39,142 bases of DNA. It comes from a virus. Its lineage: Duplodnaviria; Caudoviricetes. Positions 27,332-35,187 of this stretch are shown piece by piece. Made by a program: the position numbers and the translations under genes. The stretch lies in IMG/VR virus record IMGVR_UViG_3300009502_000110, positions 1 through 39,142 of that record. One strand, given 5' to 3'. Each line of letters begins with the position of its first letter. Position 1 is the first letter of the stretch. The notes under the pieces are model-generated. The model had not been told where the DNA came from, did not search any database, and saw nothing but the letters and a program-made list of their open reading frames with translations.

Positions 27332-27417
27332 TTTGGCGCGTTCGCATCCTGACTGTTTACGTCCTGGCAGTGATGGCGGCCGCGGTGGGTACGTTCCTGG
27401 CATTGTTGGCCAGATAG
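27328..27417 (+). CDS. 29-aa hydrophobic peptide
   Basis: ATGA-coupled; MIWRVRILTVYVLAVMAAAVGTFLALLAR. Confidence 0.5.
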   Translation: MIWRVRILTVYVLAVMAAAVGTFLALLAR

Positions 27418-27425
27418 GAGATGAT

Positions 27426-27497
27426 ATGGAATTAGTTTCTGCATTGGCGCGGCACAGCCGGATTGAGACGACTCTGCGGTATGTGGAGGTGATGTGA
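27426..27497 (+). CDS. 23-aa peptide resembling a tyrosine-recombinase C-terminal motif
   Basis: AGGAG RBS 5 nt upstream; MELVSALARHSRIETTLRYVEVM. Confidence 0.45.
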   Translation: MELVSALARHSRIETTLRYVEVM

Positions 27498-27766
27498 TGA
27501 TTTCGATGCGCATTGTGAAGAGACCGCAAAAAACATATCACTGCGCCCATTGCGAAAGAGTCATTGTTGGGGAGCATCTATATTTATTCGGCGGAGAGCA
27601 ATATGGCAAGCCCAACGGTATTCGCGTTTGTGCGATATGTGCACTAAGCAATTCAATCGAGGAAGTAATGGACTTTGCAATAAATAAGTTTTCGGCAGAA
27701 ACAAAAAATATTGTACGTAATGAAATACCGCCGGAAGAATTTTTGCCCATATGGCTGCAATGGTAA
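27494..27766 (+). CDS. Zinc-finger protein (CxxC...CxxC)
   Basis: CAHC and CAIC motifs; GGAGG RBS. Confidence 0.65.
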   Translation: MMISMRIVKRPQKTYHCAHCERVIVGEHLYLFGGEQYGKPNGIRVCAICALSNSIEEVMDFAINKFSAETKNIVRNEIPPEEFLPIWLQW

Positions 27767-27896
27767 TGCGGAGATTTGTGCTTATGCGGGCACATGCTGT
27801 GTCTGTGGCAAGAAATATTATGGGGGCCATGGATATTGCGACAAAGAAAGTGCCTGCGACAAATGTAGAAAGAACCAGGTTATGGAGGTGATGTGA
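27720..27896 (+). CDS. Small Cys-rich protein
   Basis: CPYGC, CCVC and CDKC motifs; ends in the repeated junction motif. Confidence 0.5.
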   Translation: MKYRRKNFCPYGCNGNAEICAYAGTCCVCGKKYYGGHGYCDKESACDKCRKNQVMEVM

Positions 27897-27964
27897 TGGA
27901 ACTATTAATCGCGGTTTTGGTGCTGGTGGCTGTGACGACTATTATGCGCGTGTTGGGGATCTGA
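27896..27964 (+). CDS. 22-aa hydrophobic peptide
   Basis: GGAGG RBS, TGATG coupling; MELLIAVLVLVAVTTIMRVLGI. Confidence 0.45.
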   Translation: MELLIAVLVLVAVTTIMRVLGI

Positions 27965-27966
27965 GC

Positions 27967-28230
27967 ATGATGACAATCGAAAAGCTTAACCATATTTATG
28001 AAACGCGTAAGGGCAAGAATTGGGATCCCGAATATGTTGCCAGCATGAAAGTTTATACCGATGCTATGAAGCAGTACCTGACGGACTACGGCTGGAACGT
28101 GGACGATTGGATGGATCTGACTTGTCCTGTATGCGGTGAAAAGTTTGAACATGCACCTGGCTGGGCAGTTAGTCACAACGAACGGCATGTGGAAAATCAC
28201 GAAGCCGGACAACTTTCTCTTTTTAGCTAG
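27967..28230 (+). CDS. C2H2-like zinc-finger protein
   Basis: CPVC...HxxxHxxxH; ends in GQLSLF, a beta-clamp-binding-like motif. Confidence 0.6.
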   Translation: MMTIEKLNHIYETRKGKNWDPEYVASMKVYTDAMKQYLTDYGWNVDDWMDLTCPVCGEKFEHAPGWAVSHNERHVENHEAGQLSLFS

Positions 28231-28241
28231 GTGGCAACAGC

Positions 28242-28448
28242 ATGAACGAAGATAACGATTTCCGGCGCGCCCAGGATCTGAGCGCAACATCTGTGGATTA
28301 CCTAAAGTTACTTCTGCCTCAAGAGAATGAGGCAAGGATCATTCGTCTGGCGATAACTCTTGTGAAAGTCTCACCTGGTAATCGGCACGAAACGATGCTG
28401 CGAATGCTGGAAGCGAAGTTGAAGAAACTTGAGAAGGCAGGTGTGTGA
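28242..28448 (+). CDS. Hypothetical protein
   Basis: Operon packing; AGGTGG upstream. Confidence 0.55.
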   Translation: MNEDNDFRRAQDLSATSVDYLKLLLPQENEARIIRLAITLVKVSPGNRHETMLRMLEAKLKKLEKAGV

Positions 28449-28819
28449 TGGCAAAGATGACCGTGAAATATGCGCAAGCCTGTAAGGCTATGAAAGAACT
28501 TGGTTTCAAGATTTCTGGCGATGCGGAAAACGCTTATTCGCGTTTGATCGAAGCCGGAATGATATGGGATAGCAAAATAGGCGTTTGGCTCAAATTAAGT
28601 GATGAACCAGCCGATCCAGCCAGTCCGCTTGTGCGGATCCGTGTTTGGGCCGAGAAGGGTAAGGCGGGTGTTTTGGCGGAATTGGTTAAGGAAGGGCTTG
28701 TCTATTATGGGCCTTATGACCTGGTGGAGATGTCGCAACCATATCCATGCCGACCGCCAAAGCAGAATGAAGAGCGGATTTATTTGACATTAGTGAGAAG
28801 GAAGGTGCGTGATGGCTGA
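28445..28819 (+). CDS. Hypothetical protein
   Basis: Coupled to the upstream stop; 124 aa. Confidence 0.65.
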   Translation: MMAKMTVKYAQACKAMKELGFKISGDAENAYSRLIEAGMIWDSKIGVWLKLSDEPADPASPLVRIRVWAEKGKAGVLAELVKEGLVYYGPYDLVEMSQPYPCRPPKQNEERIYLTLVRRKVRDG

Positions 28820-29099
28820 GCGAACAAAGAAGGAACTGGATGATCTGAAGGCTAACTGGTGCGGAGATCCGTGCTGGGAAATTGAAGACACGGAAGGGTT
28901 TGAGGACCATCATGATGAACTGCTGCAATTCCATGAAGAAATGCTGGCCCGCTGGGAAGCGTTGTACCAGTTTGATCTCCGCTCTTATGCCAGCAAGATT
29001 GGTCTGGATGAGAACCTGAAGCTGGCTGAGCGTATTCGCAAACTGGATGAGCGCATCGAAAAACTGGAAACTTACCAGCAATTACACGGGATGGGATAA
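28812..29099 (+). CDS. Hypothetical phage protein
   Basis: LKANWxxDPCWEIEDTEGFE motif; operon packing. Confidence 0.7.
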   Translation: MAERTKKELDDLKANWCGDPCWEIEDTEGFEDHHDELLQFHEEMLARWEALYQFDLRSYASKIGLDENLKLAERIRKLDERIEKLETYQQLHGMG

Positions 29100-29103
29100 G
29101 GAG

Positions 29104-29448
29104 ATGACCATGAACACCATCATCAGCTCTGCTGTGATCAGCGGATTGATCCAGATGGTTCTGCATTGGTTTCCGTGGCGCATGATCATGGGTCACGGCA
29201 TACCGCGCATCCTGGCTTATATCCTGGGCGTGCTGGGCATCGTGCTGCCCTTATCAGCTTTGTTTATCCAATGGCAGCAGGTTGGCGTGGTGCCGGATGA
29301 ATGGCAGCACCTGCTGGCGCTGTGGGCCTGTGTGCTATCCAGCGGACTGGCTGTCAGCGCTGCGTATGGGTTCGATTGGGTATTGAACCGGGTGCGAAAG
29401 TCTTACGAACATGAGGAACTGGACAATGCCAAAGCCAGGCGTGAGTAA
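29104..29448 (+). CDS. Membrane protein (about 3 TM)
   Basis: AAGGAG RBS; three hydrophobic stretches. Confidence 0.7.
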   Translation: MTMNTIISSAVISGLIQMVLHWFPWRMIMGHGIPRILAYILGVLGIVLPLSALFIQWQQVGVVPDEWQHLLALWACVLSSGLAVSAAYGFDWVLNRVRKSYEHEELDNAKARRE

Positions 29449-29713
29449 CAACCCACTGGGCACACTGCCTGCCGATGCCCAACAGCGCCGGGAACAGGTG
29501 GAGGAAGATCTGGCCTGCCTGTATCGTGTGCTGGTTGATATGGATGAACTATCCATCCGTATCGATCAGGCCATGCGCCGATCGTCGGCAGTGCATCCGG
29601 TCCTGATCCCGGCGCAGGAGCGGCTTGGACAGGTACGTGAGCGCCTGGCACGCCTGCACAAGACCATGGGTCAGCAGTGGCAGACTGGCCAATCGCATCG
29701 ATGGGAGGCGTAG
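29426..29713 (+). CDS. Helical hypothetical protein
   Basis: GAGG RBS before ATG 29426; overlaps the upstream gene. Confidence 0.55.
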   Translation: MPKPGVSNNPLGTLPADAQQRREQVEEDLACLYRVLVDMDELSIRIDQAMRRSSAVHPVLIPAQERLGQVRERLARLHKTMGQQWQTGQSHRWEA

Positions 29714-29823
29714 CCATGCACCCGCGCCCCCTGACGAACAAGACAGTAGTAGTAAGAATCACGAAGTTCATTTTTGATTGGCGCAGGGCCGCACGGCTGG
29801 GCGGGCTGGGGAAAAGGGCGGGT

Positions 29824-29923
29824 GTTGGACGTAGAACTAATGTTATGCGTCCAACCTTGGCCGAGATGACCGTGATCCGGGCATCCTGGGGCGGGTTAGG
29901 GCACGTTTTGTTGGTCGCATAAC
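29824..29923. repeat. Three 14-bp boxes forming a dif/lox-like inverted pair plus an accessory box
   Basis: GTTGGACGTAGAAC (29824-37), GTTATGCGTCCAAC (29842-55), GTTGGTCGCATAAC (29910-23). Confidence 0.55.
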
Positions 29924-30021
29924 TTGACGGGTGGCTGACCAGCGCCCAGGAATGTGTTTTTGGGTCTAGGCAGGTGTGTGAGCGCCTCGCAAAAAACTAG
30001 CAATTTTGGAGAAAAGGTCTC

Positions 30022-31269
30022 ATGAATAACAGGCGAGAATTGGAAAAGTTCATCGAAGACATCAAAGATAAAGTCGACCTGGTGGAGGTGATCGAGAAAA
30101 CCAGCGAATACCGCTTCGATCCGAAACGATCGGGACGGTTCATTAGCTGTCGCAAACCGGATTCACTGAAGGTAGACCCGGATTGGGGACAGTACACCTG
30201 GTTTGCGCATTCCGGTGATGGCGCCCACAGTTTCGAGACCGGTGATGTTTTCACCTGGTTGCAGAGATATGGCGGCAAGCCTGATTTTTGGGATGCGGCT
30301 GTCTGGTTGGCTGATCTCTACAACGTGCGCATCCCGGAATGGAAGCGCGATGACAACACTGAGGCTTCCAAGAACCAGAAGAGCCGCGCCCAGGTGTTTG
30401 AGATCGCCTGCGCTTGGTTTGAGAAACAACTCTGGGAGACGCCGGCTGCGCTGGCTTACGCCCGGGCGCGGGGTTGGACAGATGAAACCATCCACAAGGC
30501 CCGCCTGGGTTTTTCGGGCGGAACCTTCAAGGCGGTCAAGGATTTGACCGATGAACTTTCAATGAACCAGGTGAATTTGCGCGATGCTGCTACTGTTGCT
30601 TTGATCGGCATGCGCGGCAGTGTGGGTGCGTGGCTAAGCGCCCAGGGCATCGACGACGGTTCACCCGACTGGGTGGAAGATGACCGGATCTGGGGCCTGT
30701 CCAACATTCCATGCCTGGTTTACCCGCATATCTGGCGCGGCAGGGCCATGTATTTCAGCGGACGAAGGCTGGAATGGGCGGCCAAGGATGGACAGGTATT
30801 TTCGTGGAGCATGTTGAAGGAGGCCCCGGAACAGGTGCGGCTGATCGGCAAGGAAAAACCAAAGAGCTACAACCTGCCGGATGCTCTGGTGGGTGAACGC
30901 ATGCGCTACTTCAACTATGAGTTTCACCGGAATACAGCCCAGGTGCTGATTGTGGAAGGCCAGGCGGATGCCATCAGCCTGGGCCAGTGGGGATATTCAG
31001 CGGTGGCCCTGTGTGGGGTATCAGCGGATGCTGGCCTGGCCGAAACATTGAAGAAATGCGGAACGAAATATGCGGCGCTGGATGATGACAAGGCGGGCCG
31101 CGAGAACATTATCCAGGTGGCGCAAACCTTTGGAGCCATGACCAGGCTGCTCAAGTGGGAAAGCGCTGCGGCTGCGCCAAAAAAAGCCTCAGCAGATGCT
31201 GAGGTTGATGAAGATGACGCGCTTGCTGCTACTACTGATTCCGGTGAGGTGACCGATGGGGAAAGATGA
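30022..31269 (+). CDS. DnaG-type primase (degenerate zinc-binding domain plus TOPRIM)
   Basis: IKxxVDLVEVI and GDVFTW N-terminus, YARARG, FSGR, TOPRIM LIVEGQADAISL and ALDDDKAG. Confidence 0.9.
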   Translation: MNNRRELEKFIEDIKDKVDLVEVIEKTSEYRFDPKRSGRFISCRKPDSLKVDPDWGQYTWFAHSGDGAHSFETGDVFTWLQRYGGKPDFWDAAVWLADLYNVRIPEWKRDDNTEASKNQKSRAQVFEIACAWFEKQLWETPAALAYARARGWTDETIHKARLGFSGGTFKAVKDLTDELSMNQVNLRDAATVALIGMRGSVGAWLSAQGIDDGSPDWVEDDRIWGLSNIPCLVYPHIWRGRAMYFSGRRLEWAAKDGQVFSWSMLKEAPEQVRLIGKEKPKSYNLPDALVGERMRYFNYEFHRNTAQVLIVEGQADAISLGQWGYSAVALCGVSADAGLAETLKKCGTKYAALDDDKAGRENIIQVAQTFGAMTRLLKWESAAAAPKKASADAEVDEDDALAATTDSGEVTDGER

Positions 31270-33190
31270 GTTGAAGGTGGATGCCAATGATCTGCTGAAG
31301 CTCTGGCAGGCTGAAGAAGTGACGCCCGAGGATCAACGCGCCCATGTGCAGGCGTTTATGACACTGGCCCCGCCGCTGGTGGAACGGGTGGCAGAGATGG
31401 CCGGGGCCCTGGCACCGCGTGGTGATGAACCTTTCTCACCGGAATATGAAGAATCGCTGGATGCGGTCCTGAGCCTGGCCGCCCAACTGGATGAAAAGAC
31501 GCTTGGAAAATATAAAAAACGCCTGGCGCGCAAGCTGGGCATGACTGTTGGCGATTTCAACAGCGCCCTGGCTGGCCAGAAGAAACAAACCAAGGGCCGC
31601 AAAAGTGAATTGCCGGAAGAACCCACCTTTGGTGGTTGGTACCCAGTTGAGGATGATAACCATAAGGGCTGGTTGGTGGATTACCTGTGGGATGAGAAAA
31701 ACCAGCGGGCGGAATTATGTTACCGGGATCCGGATGGCAAAGTTGGCACCGCTGACTATCTTGATCTTGATGGCAAGCGCCTGGTTCCCAAAATGGACGC
31801 GATCGTGCGGGCCGGTGTGGTGTCGTTCCCCAGCAAACTGGGTGATCTGACCGATACCGCAGCGCTACTGGCAATTCATGAGAATTTCTACCGGCGTTCA
31901 TTCCTGCTCGACAATCCGTTGATGTACAAAATGGCGGCGTTCTACAGCCTGTTCACCTGGGTGTATGACGCTTTCAATGAACTGCCGTTCCTGCGCGCAC
32001 GCGGAGACAAGGACACCGGTAAGAGCGCCATCATGCTGCGCACCGGTTATCTGTGCTATCGCCTGATCCGGTCGACTGGTATCAGCTCCACGGCCAGCCT
32101 GAAGTACATCGCCTCAATCTATAAAGGCACGATCTTCCTGGATGAAATGGACATCGCCGACCAGTTCGACGAACGCATCGTGATGTTAAACGTCAGCGCC
32201 ATGAAAGAACAGGCCAACATCCTGACCATGACCTCGGTCAAGACCGCAGATGGGCTGACCGTCTTTGAACCGATCGTGCATAACGTTTACGGTCCTAAGC
32301 TGATCACCATGTACGGCAAGTTTGGCGACCCGGCCACCGAAAGCCGCTGTGTGACCTTCGATTGTTACGAAAAAGAGATCGCCGAGCTGAAGGCCAAGAA
32401 CATCCCCCGGCGCCTGTCGGACGATTGGCGCGAGGATGCGCTGCGCATCCGCAACCTGGATATGCGCTGGCGGCTGGAACACTGGCAGCCCAACATCAAT
32501 ATTCCTGAAGAGCTGGAAGATGACCGGGTCAGCACCCGCACCAACCAGGTGACGGTGCCAATCAAATACCTGGTTAAAGATGACCCCGCCGCACTGGAAA
32601 GCGTCACGCGCGTGGTGCTGGCATTGTATGAAGAACAACTGCGGGACAAGGCAGCATCCTTTGAGGCGCGCATCCTGGAAGCCATCCTGGCCATCCTGGA
32701 TGAAGCCAGGTTCATGGCGCTGGGGTTTGTGCGCGAAGCAGATACCGGAGATTACGGCCACATCCGCTATGTGCGCTACCCGGATCTGGGTAAGGTGGCC
32801 AACCTGTTGATGGATGAAATGAACACCGGCAAAACGAAGGACCCGCAAAGCCTGCTGAAAGAGGAAGTGGAAGCTGATGAGCAGCCCGCGGATGGCCAGA
32901 AGAGAAAGAAGAAACGTGAAGAAAGCGTGATCAGTTCCAAGACCATCGGCGATATCGCGCGCAAGGATCTGCGCCTGCCGGTAAAACGCCTTGGCAACGG
33001 CTACATTGTGATCCTGGAAAGCTCCACGGCGCCGGAAGCATGCCAAGAACGGCTGGAAGTGCTCAAGGTGAAGTACGGTCTGACCATTCGAGAAACCGCA
33101 AACAAAGCACAAAAGCCAGCCCCGAAGGTTGAACAGATCGATATGGAACGCTACGCGCAAATGGCGGAGGGTGAAGAAATTGACTTCTAA
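31256..33190 (+). CDS. Replication-associated P-loop ATPase/helicase with N-terminal primase-tail segment
   Basis: Walker A GDKDTGKS, Walker B IFLDE, arginine-finger-like ATESRC; N-terminal KVDANDLL; GAGGTG RBS. Confidence 0.8.
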   Translation: MGKDELKVDANDLLKLWQAEEVTPEDQRAHVQAFMTLAPPLVERVAEMAGALAPRGDEPFSPEYEESLDAVLSLAAQLDEKTLGKYKKRLARKLGMTVGDFNSALAGQKKQTKGRKSELPEEPTFGGWYPVEDDNHKGWLVDYLWDEKNQRAELCYRDPDGKVGTADYLDLDGKRLVPKMDAIVRAGVVSFPSKLGDLTDTAALLAIHENFYRRSFLLDNPLMYKMAAFYSLFTWVYDAFNELPFLRARGDKDTGKSAIMLRTGYLCYRLIRSTGISSTASLKYIASIYKGTIFLDEMDIADQFDERIVMLNVSAMKEQANILTMTSVKTADGLTVFEPIVHNVYGPKLITMYGKFGDPATESRCVTFDCYEKEIAELKAKNIPRRLSDDWREDALRIRNLDMRWRLEHWQPNINIPEELEDDRVSTRTNQVTVPIKYLVKDDPAALESVTRVVLALYEEQLRDKAASFEARILEAILAILDEARFMALGFVREADTGDYGHIRYVRYPDLGKVANLLMDEMNTGKTKDPQSLLKEEVEADEQPADGQKRKKKREESVISSKTIGDIARKDLRLPVKRLGNGYIVILESSTAPEACQERLEVLKVKYGLTIRETANKAQKPAPKVEQIDMERYAQMAEGEEIDF

Positions 33191-33204
33191 ATTAGGACTA
33201 TCAA

Positions 33205-33567
33205 TGTCGCAATTAATGAACCCAATGAACCCAATGTACTTGATTCGGACAGATTGGCAACAATATTTTATTTTTAACCGAAACAAGTCTCTGGAAGCAA
33301 AAAACAAATATTTTTTTGTTTTTCAGATCAGCAAAAGGGGTTCATTGATGTTCATTTGGTTCATTGGAGCTTTGCACGCCCTCTTAACCTTCTTCTTCAA
33401 TGAACCAAATGTATATGAATGTAGGAAGGGTACCAGTATGCGCCATTTTTCAAGGCCTGTTTTAGAGTGTCAAAACGGCCGAAAAACTCCCGAAAATAGC
33501 CCGGTTTTTGAGCCCTCCAATGTACTTGATTCGGGCCCAATGTACATCAAGTTCATTAATTGCGACA
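33205..33567. other. Putative replication origin (iterons plus AT-rich core)
   Basis: Follows primase/ATPase. AATG(A/T)AC x3 (33215-39), AT-rich tract, GTTCATT x3 (33340-65), 18-bp direct repeat and 17-bp terminal inverted repeat. Confidence 0.7.
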
Positions 33568-33596
33568 AGGACAGTCTGAATACGGAGTAAAAACCG

Positions 33597-33764
33597 ATGG
33601 AATCGGCCAAATTGGACCCAAGAATTTCATTTTGCAAGCATTACTGGCGGATCAGTTATCGCAAATATCAAGACACCAAATCTGCCAGGCAGAAGGCGCG
33701 CATGCGCAAACAGATGAGCGAAGCGGTCAAGACCATGATTGCAATTTTGCGAGGTGAACTATGA
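33597..33764 (+). CDS. 55-aa basic protein (absent from the ORF track)
   Basis: GGAG RBS; MESAKLDPRISFCKHYWR...; ATGA overlap with the next gene. Confidence 0.55.
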   Translation: MESAKLDPRISFCKHYWRISYRKYQDTKSARQKARMRKQMSEAVKTMIAILRGEL

Positions 33765-34324
33765 ATAAATGTGCATTGCCAGGCTGCGAGCTGGAGGCCC
33801 GCACCAGTCGCACTCTTTCCACCTGCTGCCGTGATCACGACCAGAAGCTATGGCGGATCAGACATCCCAAGATACCGGTCAGCGTGACGAAGATCTGCGC
33901 GCTGCCAGGCTGTGAAAAAACCGCCCGCTCCAACCGTAAGAACTCTTATTGCTGCACCGCTCATAAGCTACTGCATTTCATGACGCTGCGCTACCCGGCG
34001 GGTCGGATGGTAAAGAGGTTGTGCGCGTGCGGATGTGGACAGGAATTTGAAGCGGATACGCACGACCCGAAACAGAAGTCAACTGCCTACGTGAATGAAG
34101 AACATCACCAAAACGCTTTAAAGCGCAGATATGAGCAGAGCCATCCGGTAAAACCGCAGGTGGTGCACCATGTGCAGCGGGCAGGGATTGCCCAACTGCC
34201 AAAAGGCAAGGATGAGCGCAGGCTGTGCGATGCCATTGAGCGGGTGGTGCGGGAGGCCTACCAACGCGGTGACGCATTTGAAAAACAAATCATTGAATAC
34301 AACAACCCAGATATTAAATTCTGA
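33761..34324 (+). CDS. Multi zinc-finger protein
   Basis: CALPGCE x2 with CC..H, plus CACGCG; GAGGTG RBS. Confidence 0.7.
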   Translation: MNKCALPGCELEARTSRTLSTCCRDHDQKLWRIRHPKIPVSVTKICALPGCEKTARSNRKNSYCCTAHKLLHFMTLRYPAGRMVKRLCACGCGQEFEADTHDPKQKSTAYVNEEHHQNALKRRYEQSHPVKPQVVHHVQRAGIAQLPKGKDERRLCDAIERVVREAYQRGDAFEKQIIEYNNPDIKF

Positions 34325-34335
34325 AAGGAGGCCAA

Positions 34336-34809
34336 ATGAATAATTTTGTTGTCGTTTTGGTGTTGATAGCGGTGATCGTGGTGGCCGCGTCGGCGCTGGG
34401 GATCGCGTATAACCCCGGTCTTGACCCGGTGCGACAAGCGGAGGCCAGCGCGATCACGGCCCGAGCGGATATGGATGCCAACCGGCAGGCGTTTATTTAC
34501 CAGCAGCAGACTGAGATAACCAAGGCGCAGGCCCAGGCCGCCATTATTGACGCGCAGACGCGGGCGCAGACAGCGGCGCTGTGGGTGGCAGCCTGGGTAG
34601 TGATCGCGTTAGCAATTATTGGCGGAGTGACGCTGGTGCTGGTGGCTCGCGCACGGGCAGCGCGGGAATGGGAATATGAGCATCCGCGGATGCTATACCG
34701 CAAGCCATACTATATCCAGGGACCCGGGTACCGCCCAACGCTGGAAAATTCCGAGACTTACCCATTAATGGAGGTTTACGATGAGCGGCAATATCGTTCG
34801 GCAAAGTAA
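34336..34809 (+). CDS. Two-TM protein with coiled-coil loop
   Basis: GGAGG RBS; hydrophobic N-terminal and late segments flank an Ala/Gln-rich helix. Confidence 0.75.
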   Translation: MNNFVVVLVLIAVIVVAASALGIAYNPGLDPVRQAEASAITARADMDANRQAFIYQQQTEITKAQAQAAIIDAQTRAQTAALWVAAWVVIALAIIGGVTLVLVARARAAREWEYEHPRMLYRKPYYIQGPGYRPTLENSETYPLMEVYDERQYRSAK

Positions 34810-35083
34810 AAAAACAACCCTGCTGGAAAAGCAGGGTGGCAACATCGTCACCCAGGGCATTTATGAAGTGTCCAAGCACCTGACCCTGGCGGTTAAGTTG
34901 ATGGTGGATAGGCGCGTGCCGTTCTGGGCGAAGGTTACTCCGGTTGCGCTGTACACAGTCTATTTTATGACCGTGGATTGGGTGCTGTGGGGTCCAATTG
35001 ACGACATCGGCGTACTCGTGCTGGCCTACATGCTGTTTGTGCAGCTCTGCGACAAAAAGATCGTTAAGGAATTGAGTAAATGA
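34781..35083 (+). CDS. YkvA/DUF1232-like membrane protein
   Basis: DRRVPFWAK...Y...D...GPIDD pattern; GGAGG RBS. Confidence 0.7.
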   Translation: MSGNIVRQSKKTTLLEKQGGNIVTQGIYEVSKHLTLAVKLMVDRRVPFWAKVTPVALYTVYFMTVDWVLWGPIDDIGVLVLAYMLFVQLCDKKIVKELSK

Positions 35084-35187
35084 CCCCGGCGCAGGCAACC
35101 GATTATTTACAAGGTGTTGGGATAGGCATCGTGCTGGCCTTAATCCTTATCCTGGTTGTGACCATAACCGGAAAGGTGAAAAAATGA
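35080..35187 (+). CDS. 35-aa single-TM peptide
   Basis: ATGA overlaps at both ends; GVGIGIVLALILILVVTI. Confidence 0.55.
   Translation: MTPAQATDYLQGVGIGIVLALILILVVTITGKVKK

Noticed and set aside
29677-29922. 81-aa Arg/Gly-rich ORF
   Set aside because: Low-complexity translation overlapping the dif-like boxes; a GGAGG precedes ATG 29717 but coding status cannot be supported.
26328-29923. Integron (IntI plus attC cassette array)
   Set aside because: The recombinase lacks the IntI-specific insertion, and downstream genes are translationally coupled with no attC hairpins between them.
32186-33307. 373-aa minus-strand ORF
   Set aside because: Shadow of the ATPase gene running into the origin repeats.
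33129-33590. 153-aa ORF containing MNPMNPM
   Set aside because: Translation of the iteron repeats; better explained as a non-coding origin.
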